Made by a program: the position numbers and the translations under genes. From a virus (Duplodnaviria; Caudoviricetes), in IMG/VR virus record IMGVR_UViG_3300017766_003214, positions 1-29,756 of that record: a stretch of 29,756 bases of DNA. One strand, given 5' to 3'. Positions within the stretch are counted from its first letter, which is position 1. Each line of letters begins with the position of its first letter. This document shows positions 6,439 through 19,200 of the stretch, piece by piece. A model generated the notes under the pieces. The model was not told where the DNA came from, ran no database searches, and saw only the letters and a list, made by a program, of their open reading frames with translations.

Positions 6439-6882
6439 TCAGCGCGCGAGCTCCTGGACCCGGCGCGCGGCGTCATACCTGGCTGCCGGCAGATCAGGGT
6501 GCCAGGCGTTGAACCGGTAGCGCCGGAAGCCCTCATAGCCCAGGTTCCAGGCAAGCCAGGTCTCACAAGCCAGGGCCGGCCGGCCGATGTCCCTGGTCAG
6601 CCTGGCGCGCAGATACGACAGCCAGGTCTCGGCGTAGGCCCGGGCTCGATCCGGGATCGAAGCTGACCGGTAAGGCCAGGTCGGCAGCCCGGCAGCCTTG
6701 CGCAGCCGGCTGCAATCAGCCCAGGCGGCAGCGTGCCATTGCAGCACGCCCTTGGCTGCGCCCCGGTCGCCGTCTATGTTCCGGCTGCCGGTCTCGATCG
6801 TCTCGACCGCCTGGACCCACCGGCCCGGCACCGGCTCGGCTACGACTGAGGCCAGGGCTAGGGCGCATAGGGCGATCGGCAT
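6439..6882 (-). CDS. Lysozyme-like/lytic transglycosylase protein with hydrophobic N-terminus
   Basis: AVETIETG (candidate catalytic Glu), GDRGAAKGVLQ and AWNLG motifs; signal-like MPIALCALALASVVA. Confidence 0.7.
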   Translation of the reverse strand: MPIALCALALASVVAEPVPGRWVQAVETIETGSRNIDGDRGAAKGVLQWHAAAWADCSRLRKAAGLPTWPYRSASIPDRARAYAETWLSYLRARLTRDIGRPALACETWLAWNLGYEGFRRYRFNAWHPDLPAARYDAARRVQELAR

Positions 6883-6887
6883 GGCGC

Positions 6888-6917
6888 AGCCTACGCAGCG
6901 TAGGGCGCAGCATGCAA
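6888..6917 (-). promoter_or_regulatory. Putative leaderless promoter TTGCAT-N18-TAGGCT-N5-ATG with palindrome CCTACGC-A-GCGTAGG (6890-6904)
   Basis: Read on the minus strand directly upstream of the ATG at 6882. Confidence 0.45.
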
Positions 6918-7143
6918 GGGCAAACCCGGCAGCATACCCACCCCACCTATCGGCGCCCTCGCTCTAGTATCTCGCGCGCGTGCAAGGGAGATCCACCCAC
7001 CCACGCACCACCCCATCCACCCCATGCACACCCATCCACGGGTCAACCCCCGCCTACGCCCCCGGATTTCTCTACTCTTTTTCATCTCCCCGCGCGCGGA
7101 AAAATCCGGCGGCCCAAAAAACTTTGTCCTACATTTTGAGCCG

Positions 7144-7171
7144 TTGCACTTATTCGCAAGTTTCACACCTT
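7144..7171 (+). promoter_or_regulatory. Putative promoter TTGCAC-N16-CACCTT, 6 nt before ATG 7178
   Basis: Recurrent motif geometry; heads the morphogenesis operon. Confidence 0.6.
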
Positions 7172-7177
7172 GTCACC

Positions 7178-9117
<1,940 letters not shown>

Positions 9118-9118
<1 letters not shown>

Positions 9119-10689
9119 TGCCAAAGAAGGAAGACGATGACATGCTTCAGCAGCTCCTGGCTGCCGAGCGCATGTTGCGCATGCGCAAGGCGCGCGAGAG
9201 CGTCATCGGCTTCACCAAGTTCACGATACCGGACCCGGAGGCGCCGGACGACACCTCGCGCAGCCGGTATCAGCCTGTCAAGCACCACGAGGTGATCGCT
9301 GCGGCCCTGGAGGAGGTGGAGGCCGGGCGCATGCCCAGGCTGATCATCACGATGCCGCCTCGGCACGGGAAGTCCGAGCTCGCGAGCCGCCGGTTCCCGG
9401 CGTGGTTCATGGGTCGCGATCCGTACCGGCAGCTGATCTTCTCGACCTACAACGACGACTTCGCCCAGGACTTCGGCCGGTCGGTGCGCGCGACCATGCG
9501 GTCCACGGAATTCCAGCAGATCTTCCCGGCGTGCAAGCTGCGGACGGGCAGCCAGGCCAGCGACAAGATCCAGACGGAGGAGGGCGGGATGCTCAACTTC
9601 GTGGGACGCGGCGGCGGTCTGACGGGCCGCGGCGCGGATCTCCTGATCATCGATGACCCGATCAAGGACCGCGAGGAGGCGGACAGCAAGAACCTCCGGG
9701 ACAAGCTCTGGGCCTGGTTCACGGAAGCTGCGATGACGCGACTGATGCCTGGCGGGCGTGTCGTGATCATCATGACCCGGTGGCACGAGGACGACCTGAT
9801 CGGCCGCCTGACGGACCCAAAGAACCCGTGTTTCAACGCGGATGAGGCTGGCAGCTGGAAGATCCTGGCGCTGCCGGCGATCGCGGACGAGGACGATGCG
9901 ATGGGCCGGAAGCCTGGCGAGGCCCTGTGGCCGGAGCGGTTCCCGCTGCCGGTCCTGGAGGCGCAGCGCCGGATCAACCCCCGCGGCTTCTCGGCCCTGT
10001 ACCAGGGCAAGCCCACGCCGGACGATGGCGACTATTTCAAGCGGGATTGGCTGAAGACCTACGACCACCCGTCCCAGCTGCCGGCGAACCTCCGGATCTA
10101 CGGGGCGTCCGACCATGCGGTCTCGGTGGCCCAGGACGCGGACAAGACTTGCCTGGGCTGCGTTGGGATCGATGAGGACGACAACATCTGGGTGTTGCCG
10201 GACCTGTTCTGGCGCCGGGCTGCCACGGACGCGGTGTGCGATGGGCTCCTGGATCAGTTCCGGCGCAACAAGCCGCTGCTCTGGTGGGCGGAGCACGGGC
10301 ACATCTCCAAGGCGATCGGGCCGTTCCTTCGGAAGCGCATGCAGGAGGAACGGATCTACTGCGCGATCGATGAGGTGGTCCCGGCCAAGGACAAGCAGAC
10401 GCGCGCCCAGGCGATCCGCGGCCGCATGGCGATGGGCAAGGTGTACTTTCCCAAGTTCACGACCTGGTGGAATGACGCCCAGCTGGAGCTTCTGAAGTTC
10501 CCTTCGGCCCGGCATGACGACTTCGTGGACTGGATCTCCCACATCGGCATGGGGCTGTCGCTCCAGGTGCCGGCGGGCATCAAGCACAGCGAGCCCAAGG
10601 GGCCTCGCACCGGCTCCCTGGCCTGGGTCAAGCACTCCTCCAAGATGAGGGAGTGGGGCGAAAACAGGTTGCGGATGTTCTGGAGCTGA
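9118..10689 (+). CDS. terL: Terminase large subunit
   Basis: Walker A MPPRHGKS, Walker B LLIIDDP, coupling motif IMTRWHEDD, nuclease HDDFVD; TGATG overlap with the upstream gene. Confidence 0.96.
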
Positions 10690-10696
10690 CGATTTT
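10669..10696 (+). promoter_or_regulatory. Putative promoter TTGCGG-N16-GATTTT, 6 nt before the portal ATG
   Basis: Recurrent motif geometry. Confidence 0.5.
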
Positions 10697-10702
10697 ACCA
10701 TC

Positions 10703-12832
10703 ATGGAAAACAACGAACCTATCGAAACTGATCTCCCGGACACGGACTCCGCGTCCGAGGGCGAACCGAGACGCGCCGGCATCAAGCGCGAGCCGGACGA
10801 AAACTTGCGTGCCTCGCGCCGCGCGCTCGTGACCGAGTGGACCGGCAAGATCACGCGCGCCAAGAAGCATTGGGATCTGGCGCACCGCCGGATGAAGGAG
10901 GACTCTGATTTCTACATGGGCAAGCAATGGCCCTTTCACCGCGGCGATGACGATCGCTATGTGGCGAACCTGGCGCAGCGCCATGTGCAGACGCGCGTGG
11001 CCGCGCTGTACGCGAAAAACCCCAAGGCGGTCGCCAAGCGCCGGCGCGTGCTGGACTTCCAGATCTGGGAGGGCAACGCCAGCGAGCTGATGTCGGCCCA
11101 GGTGGCGAACGACCAGTCGATGATGTTCATGGGCGCGCCGAACCCGGCGTCCATGGCCCTCATGCAGGATGTGCAGCAGGGTTTCGAGAAGCGCCGTAAG
11201 CTGGACAAGGTCGCCGAGACTCTGGAGATCGTGTTCAAGCACACCCTGGAGCACCAGAATTTCAAGATCCAGATGAAGCAGCTGGTCCGGCGCGTCTGCG
11301 TGACCGGCGTCGGCTTCGTCAAGATCGGCTACCATCGCGTGATGGGCAACCGCCCGGAGGATGTGGAAAAGATCACCGACATCACCGAGCAGCTGCGCAC
11401 GCTTGAGCGCCTTGAGCTCGACCAGCGTGACGGCAAGTTCGATGAGAACCAAGCCAAGGCCGAGCAGCTCCGGCTGCTCATGAAGGAGATCCAGGAGAAG
11501 GTCAGCGAGGGCGAGACGATCACGGACGAAGGCCTGGTGTTCGACTTCCCCCAGTCGCAGAACATCATCGTGGACACGCGCTGCCGCCAGCTCCAGGGCT
11601 TCATCGGGGCCGAGTGGGTCGCCCAGGAATTCCTGCTTACTTGCAACGAGGTGAAGGAGGTCTACGGGGTTGACCTGGGCAAGACCTACACGCGCCAGGA
11701 GCAGCAGATGACCGAGCCCGGCATGTCCGAGAAGACCAGCGACGACCTGGCCCGGATCTGGGAGGTCTACAACAAGCGGGACGGGATGAAGTATGTGATT
11801 GCGGACGGCTACCCGGACTTCCTCCTGGAGCCCGGCTGCCCGGACATCAAGCTGCGCCGGTTCTGGCCTTTCTTCTGCCTCCTGTTCAACGAGGTCGAGA
11901 ACGACCGGGACATCTACCCGCCGTCCGACATCCGGCTCCTGAAGCCGATCCAGATGGAATACAACCTGGCGCGCCAGCGGCTGCGCGAGCACCGCAACGC
12001 CAACCGGCCCTTGTATGTGACCCCGATCGGCATGCTGTCCGAGGGTGATGTGAAGAAGCTCATGGACCGGCAGCCCAACGAGGTGATCCAGCTGAACAGC
12101 CTCCAGCCCGGCCAGGCGGTCAACCAGGTGATCCAGCCGATGCAGCCGATCCCGATCGACCCGTCCCTGTACGACACCTCCATGCTGATGGAAGACTTGT
12201 TCCGCGTGGTCGGCAGCCAGGAAGCCAACCTGGGCGGCGGCACCGGCAACACGGCGACCGAGGTCTCGGTGGCCGAGTCCAGCCGCATGAGCTCCCTGGG
12301 CTCGCATGTGGACGACCTGGACGAATTCTTGACGGACCTGTCCAAGGCCGCCAGCCAGGTGCTCCTGACCCACATGGACCCCATGACGGCTGCCAAGATT
12401 GCCGGCCCTGGGGCGTCCTGGCCGACTCTTTCGGCCCAGGAAATCGCCGATGAGATCTACCTGGAGATCGAAGCCGGCAGCTCCGGTCGCCCGAACAAGG
12501 CCACGGAGATCGCCAATTTCGAGCGCCTGGCGCCCCTCCTGATCCAGATCCCCGGCATCGACCCGACCTGGCTGGCCAAGGAGGCCATCAAGCGCATGGA
12601 CGATGGCGTGGACATGACCGAGGCGGTCAAGGCCGCGATCCCGTCCATCGTGCAGCAGAACGCCCAGAAGCAGATGGACCAGGCCCAGATGGCCGGTGGC
12701 CCTGAAGCCATGGGCGGCGCGCCGATGCCCGGGCCGGAAGCGGCCGCTCCTGGCGCCCCTCCCGGCGGGAACGCCCAGGTGCCGAACATGCCCCAGCCGA
12801 AGATGTACGGGCTGCCCACCGCCCCCCAATAA
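10703..12832 (+). CDS. Portal protein (podovirus/P22-like)
   Basis: 709 aa directly after TerL; GVGFVKIGY, TATEV and Q/P-rich tail typical of such portals. Confidence 0.88.
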   Translation: MENNEPIETDLPDTDSASEGEPRRAGIKREPDENLRASRRALVTEWTGKITRAKKHWDLAHRRMKEDSDFYMGKQWPFHRGDDDRYVANLAQRHVQTRVAALYAKNPKAVAKRRRVLDFQIWEGNASELMSAQVANDQSMMFMGAPNPASMALMQDVQQGFEKRRKLDKVAETLEIVFKHTLEHQNFKIQMKQLVRRVCVTGVGFVKIGYHRVMGNRPEDVEKITDITEQLRTLERLELDQRDGKFDENQAKAEQLRLLMKEIQEKVSEGETITDEGLVFDFPQSQNIIVDTRCRQLQGFIGAEWVAQEFLLTCNEVKEVYGVDLGKTYTRQEQQMTEPGMSEKTSDDLARIWEVYNKRDGMKYVIADGYPDFLLEPGCPDIKLRRFWPFFCLLFNEVENDRDIYPPSDIRLLKPIQMEYNLARQRLREHRNANRPLYVTPIGMLSEGDVKKLMDRQPNEVIQLNSLQPGQAVNQVIQPMQPIPIDPSLYDTSMLMEDLFRVVGSQEANLGGGTGNTATEVSVAESSRMSSLGSHVDDLDEFLTDLSKAASQVLLTHMDPMTAAKIAGPGASWPTLSAQEIADEIYLEIEAGSSGRPNKATEIANFERLAPLLIQIPGIDPTWLAKEAIKRMDDGVDMTEAVKAAIPSIVQQNAQKQMDQAQMAGGPEAMGGAPMPGPEAAAPGAPPGGNAQVPNMPQPKMYGLPTAPQ

Positions 12833-12848
12833 GGGGGAAGTGGCTGGA

Positions 12849-12876
12849 TTGCAAAGCCACGGCACCGACAGAAGAT
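12849..12876 (+). promoter_or_regulatory. Putative promoter TTGCAA-N16-GAAGAT, 7 nt before GTG 12884
   Basis: Recurrent motif geometry in the intergenic gap. Confidence 0.55.
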
Positions 12877-12883
12877 CGGTGTC

Positions 12884-13951
12884 GTGGACAACCAGACGCT
12901 AACAGATCCCGCTGCGGCCCCGTCAGCTGCAGCCACGCCCGAAACGACCCAGGCTCCGGCCGAGGTCACGCAGTCTCCGGCCCCGGAAAACGGGTCCGGG
13001 CAGGAGACGGCACAGACGCTAAACGCAGAGACCGCCAGTTCGTCGCCGGCGGCCGACAAGGACGCTAAAAAGGAGACTTTGCTTGATGTCGTGAAAACGG
13101 CGTTTGAGCCGAAGGCTCCCGTGAATTCGTCCACCGCGAAGGTACAATCGACTCCCGCGCCGGGACAGCCTAACGATGCACAGGGCAAGGACAGCCAGGT
13201 GCAGAAGGACGGCTCCGAAGCGCAGTCCGATGTGCCGTTCCACAACCATCCCCGATGGAAAGCGATGATCGCTGAACGCGAAAGCTTGAAGCCGGCGGCT
13301 GAGCAGTACGGGAAGATCACGACATTCATGCAGACCAACGGCCTGACCCCTCAGGAAATGGCCGAAGGCATGACTGTCATGGCGCTCATGAAGACCAACC
13401 CGGCGGCTGCCTACCAGCAGCTGCAGGGCTATGTCGCGAACCTGGCCAGGTTCACGGGGGATGTACTTCCCCCGGAGCTCAAGGCCAAGGTTGATGAGGG
13501 CCTGACCGATCCCGAGACGGCGAAGCGCCTCGCGCAGCTTGAGGCCGAGCGTGAGTTTTCATACGCCCGTCAGGTGGAGCAGCAGCAGCGCTACCAGGCT
13601 GAGCAGGAGATGATCGCCCGCCAACAGGCGGCCGACAACTCCCAGCAGATGGTCGCCGCCGTCATGCGTTGGGAACAGGCAGAACGGGCGAAGGATCCCG
13701 ATTGGTCCCAAAAATACGAGATGGTGCAGGACCGGGTGAAGGCTCTCCTGGCAACGCAGCCGGCTCGCAATCCATCGGACGCAATCCAGCTCGCACAACG
13801 CGCGCTGGCCGATGTGAACGCGCGCCTCAGGCCGCTTGCAGGGAGGACGATGCCGCTCAGGACCCCAGCCAGCTCTTTGTCGTCCGCTTCCGCAACGCCG
13901 GCTCCAAAGTCCCTCGCGGACCTTGTCCGGATGGGGCTGCAAGGCTCCTAA
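12884..13951 (+). CDS. Capsid scaffolding protein
   Basis: Between portal and capsid genes; disordered N-terminus, PFHNHPRW motif, coiled coils, short C-terminal amphipathic helix. Confidence 0.8.
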   Translation: MDNQTLTDPAAAPSAAATPETTQAPAEVTQSPAPENGSGQETAQTLNAETASSSPAADKDAKKETLLDVVKTAFEPKAPVNSSTAKVQSTPAPGQPNDAQGKDSQVQKDGSEAQSDVPFHNHPRWKAMIAERESLKPAAEQYGKITTFMQTNGLTPQEMAEGMTVMALMKTNPAAAYQQLQGYVANLARFTGDVLPPELKAKVDEGLTDPETAKRLAQLEAEREFSYARQVEQQQRYQAEQEMIARQQAADNSQQMVAAVMRWEQAERAKDPDWSQKYEMVQDRVKALLATQPARNPSDAIQLAQRALADVNARLRPLAGRTMPLRTPASSLSSASATPAPKSLADLVRMGLQGS

Positions 13952-13975
13952 CTCAAACACGAACCAGATACTACC

Positions 13976-15100
13976 ATGGCCCTCTATCCTCTCACCCTCG
14001 ACAACATCGTCGCCTCGGCCCTCGACTTCCATGTGAAGTCGGATGCCTTCAAGCAGACCATCCAGGAAAAGCCCCTGATCGGCGTCTTCACCAAGCGCCA
14101 GCAGACCTTCCCGGGCGGCAAGGGCGACATCACCCTGCCGATCTCCTTCCAGTCCGAGCTCCCCGCGATCTCCGGCTACGAAGGTGACGACCAGGTCTCC
14201 TACAGCAACCCCCAGAACACCCGCCGCGTTTCCTACCCCTGGAAGGAAATCCACGCCGGTATCAATGTCACCCTCACCGAGCTCAAGATCGATGGCATCT
14301 CTGTCACCGACTCCGTGACCGGCGAGAACACCAGCAAGCACAGCGGCCGTGACGCTACTGTCCTGACCAACATCCTGAAGGCCAAGCTGGACGACATGAC
14401 CGAAGGTTGGGCCCGCAGCTTCAACACGATGCTCTGGAAGGACGGCACGCAGGACGCCAAGCTCGTTCCGGGTCTCTCCAGCTTCATCAAGCCGGGCATC
14501 GAGATCACGGGCGGTACTGTCGATCTCAACCAGGTCGGCACCACCGGCGGCCTGTCCCGCGCGGCGAACCCGCTCTGGCGCAACCGGTCCGGCAAGTTCG
14601 GCTATGTCGCCGGCCAGACCAACATCATCGATGGCCTCCGCAAGGAGATCCGTCAGCTGAAGCGCTACGGCGGCAAGCCCACCACGATCCTGTGCGGCTC
14701 GGCCTTCCTGGAGCTGCTGGAGAAGGAGATCCACAACAAGGGCTTCTACTCCATGACCGGCTTCTCCAAGGGCACGAATACTGTCGGCATGGGCGCCACC
14801 GAGCTCCTGGGCGTCGGCGAATTCGTCTACGACCCGACCCTGGACGACCTCCCCGGCTACAACGCCACCCAGAACGGCGATGTGGACGGCGAGGAAAGCA
14901 ACGGCAACCGCAGCAGCTTCTGCTATCTCATCGATACCGATGCGATCCAGATGTATGTCATGGACGGCGAAGACAAGAAGACCCACAACCCGGCCCGCCC
15001 TGAGGACAAGTATGTCATCTACAAGGCGATGACCTGGACCGGCGGCATGGTGGCCAAGCAGCTCTCGGGCTGTGGCGTCTACCAGGCCTATGTGGACTAA
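13976..15100 (+). CDS. Major capsid protein
   Basis: 374 aa after the scaffold, very strong codon bias, followed by a terminator; HK97-like layout (YPWKEIHAGI, LWKDGT, LWRN). Confidence 0.9.
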   Translation: MALYPLTLDNIVASALDFHVKSDAFKQTIQEKPLIGVFTKRQQTFPGGKGDITLPISFQSELPAISGYEGDDQVSYSNPQNTRRVSYPWKEIHAGINVTLTELKIDGISVTDSVTGENTSKHSGRDATVLTNILKAKLDDMTEGWARSFNTMLWKDGTQDAKLVPGLSSFIKPGIEITGGTVDLNQVGTTGGLSRAANPLWRNRSGKFGYVAGQTNIIDGLRKEIRQLKRYGGKPTTILCGSAFLELLEKEIHNKGFYSMTGFSKGTNTVGMGATELLGVGEFVYDPTLDDLPGYNATQNGDVDGEESNGNRSSFCYLIDTDAIQMYVMDGEDKKTHNPARPEDKYVIYKAMTWTGGMVAKQLSGCGVYQAYVD

Positions 15101-15125
15101 TCGGTAGCAGCCAGTCCTACACAAT

Positions 15126-15153
15126 GGGGGCCCTTAGGGCCCCCTTTCTTTTT
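15126..15153 (+). terminator. Rho-independent terminator after the capsid gene
   Basis: GGGGGCCC-TTA-GGGCCCCC followed by TTTCTTTTT. Confidence 0.9.
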
Positions 15154-15179
15154 GCCCATCAACCGGGCCGGGGCAGGAT
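15152..15179 (+). promoter_or_regulatory. Putative promoter TTGCCC-N16-CAGGAT, 9 nt before ATG 15189
   Basis: Recurrent motif geometry, placed to restart transcription after the terminator. Confidence 0.5.
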
Positions 15180-15188
15180 CATCCAGGT

Positions 15189-15506
15189 ATGCAAAAAGCC
15201 ATCGCTGAGATCCTCCTGAACGGCAGCGTTCAGAATACTGTCACCAAGATCATCACCGCGGCCGAGGTCCCGATCCTGCGCGAGATCCACGGCTCCGATG
15301 CCGTTGTCAACGGCCAGGGTCTGGTCACGACCAAGCGCACCCAGGCCCAGGAAACCGCCCGCCTGAAGTCCGAATACGGCGCCCAGGTGTTTTCCAAGGT
15401 CTACGCCGGCACCTACCCCCAGCTCCCCGCCACTTTCGGCGAGGTCGGCCTGGACATCGAAAAAACCGAGACCAAGCCCGCTAAGAAGGTCGCGGCTGCC
15501 GAATAA
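15189..15506 (+). CDS. Hypothetical virion-associated protein
   Basis: 105 aa between capsid and adaptor genes; TAAEVPILREIHGSDAV. Confidence 0.75.
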   Translation: MQKAIAEILLNGSVQNTVTKIITAAEVPILREIHGSDAVVNGQGLVTTKRTQAQETARLKSEYGAQVFSKVYAGTYPQLPATFGEVGLDIEKTETKPAKKVAAAE

Positions 15507-15509
15507 GCC

Positions 15510-16211
15510 ATGGCCCGGGGAACCAGCTTGCTGGCCCTGCGCGACCAGCTGAAGGCGGAGATCGGGGCGTCCCCGAATGTCGCCATGGGCGTCAACACGA
15601 TCGAGCAATTCGACAACCTGTTGCGCCGGACCCAGCAGCGCCTGTGGAACGACTTTGACTGGAGCTTCGCGCTGATCGAGCGCGATGAGCCCATGATCAA
15701 TGGGCAGCGCTACTACACCTTCGATCCGGACATCGATTTCGACCGGATCCTGGAGTCGCATGTCAAATACGGCAACATCTGGCACCCGATCGACTACGGC
15801 ATTGGCCCGGCCCAGTACAACAACCACGACTCCGACAACGGCGAAAAGACCGAGCCGGTGGTCCGGTGGCGCCATTACGAGGGCAACCAATTTGAGGTCT
15901 GGCCGGTGCCCACGACCAACAACCAGGTCGTCCGGTTCAAGGCGGTCAAGAAGCTGGCGCCCCTGGTCAACACGACCGACATCGCGCTCCTGGACGACAC
16001 CCTGATCGTCCTGTACGCGGCTGCTGAGTACCTGGCGCGCACCAAGGCGGCGGACGCCACGGCCAAGCTGAGCCAGGCCCAGGCCCATTTCAACCGCCTC
16101 AAGGGCCTCGGCCTCAAGACGGACCGGTTCATCTATGGCGGCGGCGTGGATCGCGCCGAGCGCCTACGCATCGTTGGCGGTCGTTTCGTCCGGGATGACC
16201 GGCCCTACTAA
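15510..16211 (+). CDS. Head-tail adaptor (tail tubular protein A-like)
   Basis: Position and size (233 aa); DFDWSFA, FEVWPVP and LIVLYAAAEYL motifs. Confidence 0.78.
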   Translation: MARGTSLLALRDQLKAEIGASPNVAMGVNTIEQFDNLLRRTQQRLWNDFDWSFALIERDEPMINGQRYYTFDPDIDFDRILESHVKYGNIWHPIDYGIGPAQYNNHDSDNGEKTEPVVRWRHYEGNQFEVWPVPTTNNQVVRFKAVKKLAPLVNTTDIALLDDTLIVLYAAAEYLARTKAADATAKLSQAQAHFNRLKGLGLKTDRFIYGGGVDRAERLRIVGGRFVRDDRPY

Positions 16212-19200
16212 TGCCGTACATCGTTGTCGAGAGCTTCAAGGGCGGCCTGGATCGCCGGCGGTCGGACCTGGTGTCCGCGCCCGGGATGCTGATCAAGGCC
16301 GAGAATGTCCATGTGACGCGCGGCGGCGAGATCGAGAAGCGCAAGGCGTTCGTGGCCGTGGACGCCGGCGTGGACACGGATCACAACAACCCGTTTGAAG
16401 GCACCTTCGGGATGGAGTCTACCGGCGATGGAATTACTGTTTTTACGACCAGCTACACTACCAACACCTGGTACAACGCCCAAAAAAACATCCGGTTTTG
16501 CTTTGCAGAAGTATCCGACATCATGGATCCGCTGGCGCAGCCGATGCCATTCCCGACCGGTTTGTATGTGAAATATTCTGGGATTTCGGAGATTTATTCT
16601 CCGGCTGTTATTCCCAATCTTAGCATCAGTTCGCCAATCCCGTTTTTTGCACAAAGCGGGTTCAGAGCCAGTTTTGATCCTCCGGTAGGATCAAACCTTG
16701 TGAACGATTTTGAAGTCGCAGCCCTGGCAAATGAAAACGAACAGGTGTGCATTTTCACATGGGATGGATATTCATGGGCAGCCAGATGCATCGCAACTCC
16801 GCTCGGACGGCCTGGTCGTTTTGGTAGTGTTATTTTGAATTTTGCATCCGGACAACTTTGGGGCAGCGAAGGATCGATTAGCTGGAAAATCGGACAATCA
16901 TCCCGCACGACCCTGCCTATTGGTTCCGCAAAAACCGATATCGCTTACATTTATGACAACGATCAGCGCGCTCCGACTCTTGTGGAAGGTGCGCTCATCA
17001 ACTCCAAAGTCTACTACTCAAACAGCGGGGTAAATCCAAGCAAGCTGATCAGAGACAGTTATGTTTACAATGATGCGTCCATGCTTTCGGATGCCTACAC
17101 AATTGCAATTTATCGTCCAAAATCGTGGACGGACGAAACATCCATCAACGAAAGACAGGGGGTACAGGTGGTGGGTATCGGCTCAAGTGTTCCTGTCAGA
17201 AAAAGCCTTAAAAATTACATAGAGACGATCTACGAAAACATCGTTGTCGTTGAAGTCGATCACCCTGAGGGCGTTGCTTTGACCGGGATCGTTTATTCGA
17301 CTGTCTACGGCGGCAAGTCGTTCGTCCTGGCGAAATTCGCCAACGGGGATGTCCTGCCGTTTTATGACGGCAAGCTGGTGGGCGCGTTCACGGACGGCGT
17401 CTACCGCGAATACTACGGCGGCCTGTATCGGTTCATCGAAAGCATCAAGGACCTGGCCAAGGAAGGCATCGACCTGGCCAAGACCAATTTCGACAACGAC
17501 ACGAGCAATGACGACCCGATCAGGCAATACACGATCACGACCACCCAGACCCAGGACGGCACCAGCATGACGATTGCCGGCCCGATCAATGCCGACTTCA
17601 AGGTGGACGCCTTCATCGACAGCCCGTGCTCGTTCACGATCGAGACGATCCAGAAACCGGTAGCCCCCATCGCCGACCTGAGGGCCACAGCCAGCATGAC
17701 CCTGGCCGGCGGATCCAACGGCTCCGCGACCACCGGCCTGACGCTGCGCAAGATCGGCTATTACGGAAATGTCGTCCCGCCGATCAGCGGCATCTTCGTG
17801 ACGACCGACTATGACGACCCCAGCGTCAACATCGCCGGCGCCATCGAGCTCACCGGCCTAAATCGTTCCGGCAGCGAGACGATCGCCTATCCGTTCACGG
17901 GATACACCAGTCCCGATGCCTGGAACGAAAATCAGGGGCTGGCCTACGCGATCTCGTTCTTCATCAACTCCAATACCCCTGTCACCGGATTTTATTCAAA
18001 TTACGCGAATTACGGGCGCGGGTGGGCGGTCAGAGACCCTGGCAGCTTCACGATCACCAGCACGCCCAAGCTCGGCGGCCCCATGAACGGGCGAGGGGTC
18101 TGGATCGAATTCACTTCGCCGATCAACATCCTGAACCCGAACCCCCTGGACAATGTCTTCATCGAGGAATTGATCGACCCGACAACCACGCGCATCAGCC
18201 CGTTTGATCCGACCAGGTGGGTCGCCCGGCTCGGGTATTCCTACCAGGAATACCCCACGACGACTACCTACGGCAAGCTGACCAACGGAGCCAGAAATTC
18301 GGTTGACTCCGTGGTAGCCAACGGGGTCGAGCTCCTTTCGGACATCGACCCGTTCACGATGGGGTCTGCAACGCCTGACAAAGCCCAGTATTTCAGCACA
18401 AACCTTGAGCAGCTGAATTTCGATGTGATTAACAGCATCAACCATGGGTCGGCCACGCACGGATACTCGGCCGCAAAAGAAGGTGATAAGATCATCGTTT
18501 CATCCAATGTGCTTGGCTCTGCCGGCAACAACAAGTCCATCAGAGTCACGACCAGCGGTACTGTGACCCGGCCTGGCATGGTCAATTTCGGTGGAGGCCG
18601 GGACAATTACGATGGCGCCGGCAAGATCATGCGCATCAATTTCAAGGGAACCCCGGAGGTCGGCAACAAGTGCTGGATCATGATCACCGATCCGACCAGG
18701 CCTGGAACCCCGTACAAATTCGGCGCCACCCGCATGGCAGGGAAAAAGGGGGTATTTTGTTTCACCTACAAGGGCAAGCAATACATCGGCGTCGGATCGG
18801 TCCTTTATTTCTCATCCCTGAACAACCCTACCAAGTGGGACACCTACGACATCGGGTCAGGGTTCATCGACATGGCCAACAACTTTGGCGGCCGTGACGA
18901 CCTGACCGGGGCCGGCGTCTACCAAAACAACATCGCGGTGTTCACCGAGCGAAACTGCCAGCTTTGGTTCTTCGACCCGGATCCTAACCAGAATTCCCAG
19001 CGCCAGGTCCTGGACAACACCGGCTGCCTGGCAGCCAACAGCGTTGTGTCGGTAGGAGCCACGGATCTTTTTTACCTGTCGTACAACGGCATCCGGTCGC
19101 TCCAGTCCCGCGAGAGCACGGACGCGGCCTACGCCAACGACATCGGCTCTCCGATCGATGAGATCGTGATCGGCATCCTGGCGAGCCTGACGCCCGAGCA

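Noticed and set aside
6980-7177. N-terminal extension of the fibre ORF in the track
   Set aside because: Runs through low-complexity intergenic and promoter sequence; ATG 7178 fits the promoter geometry and the domain start.
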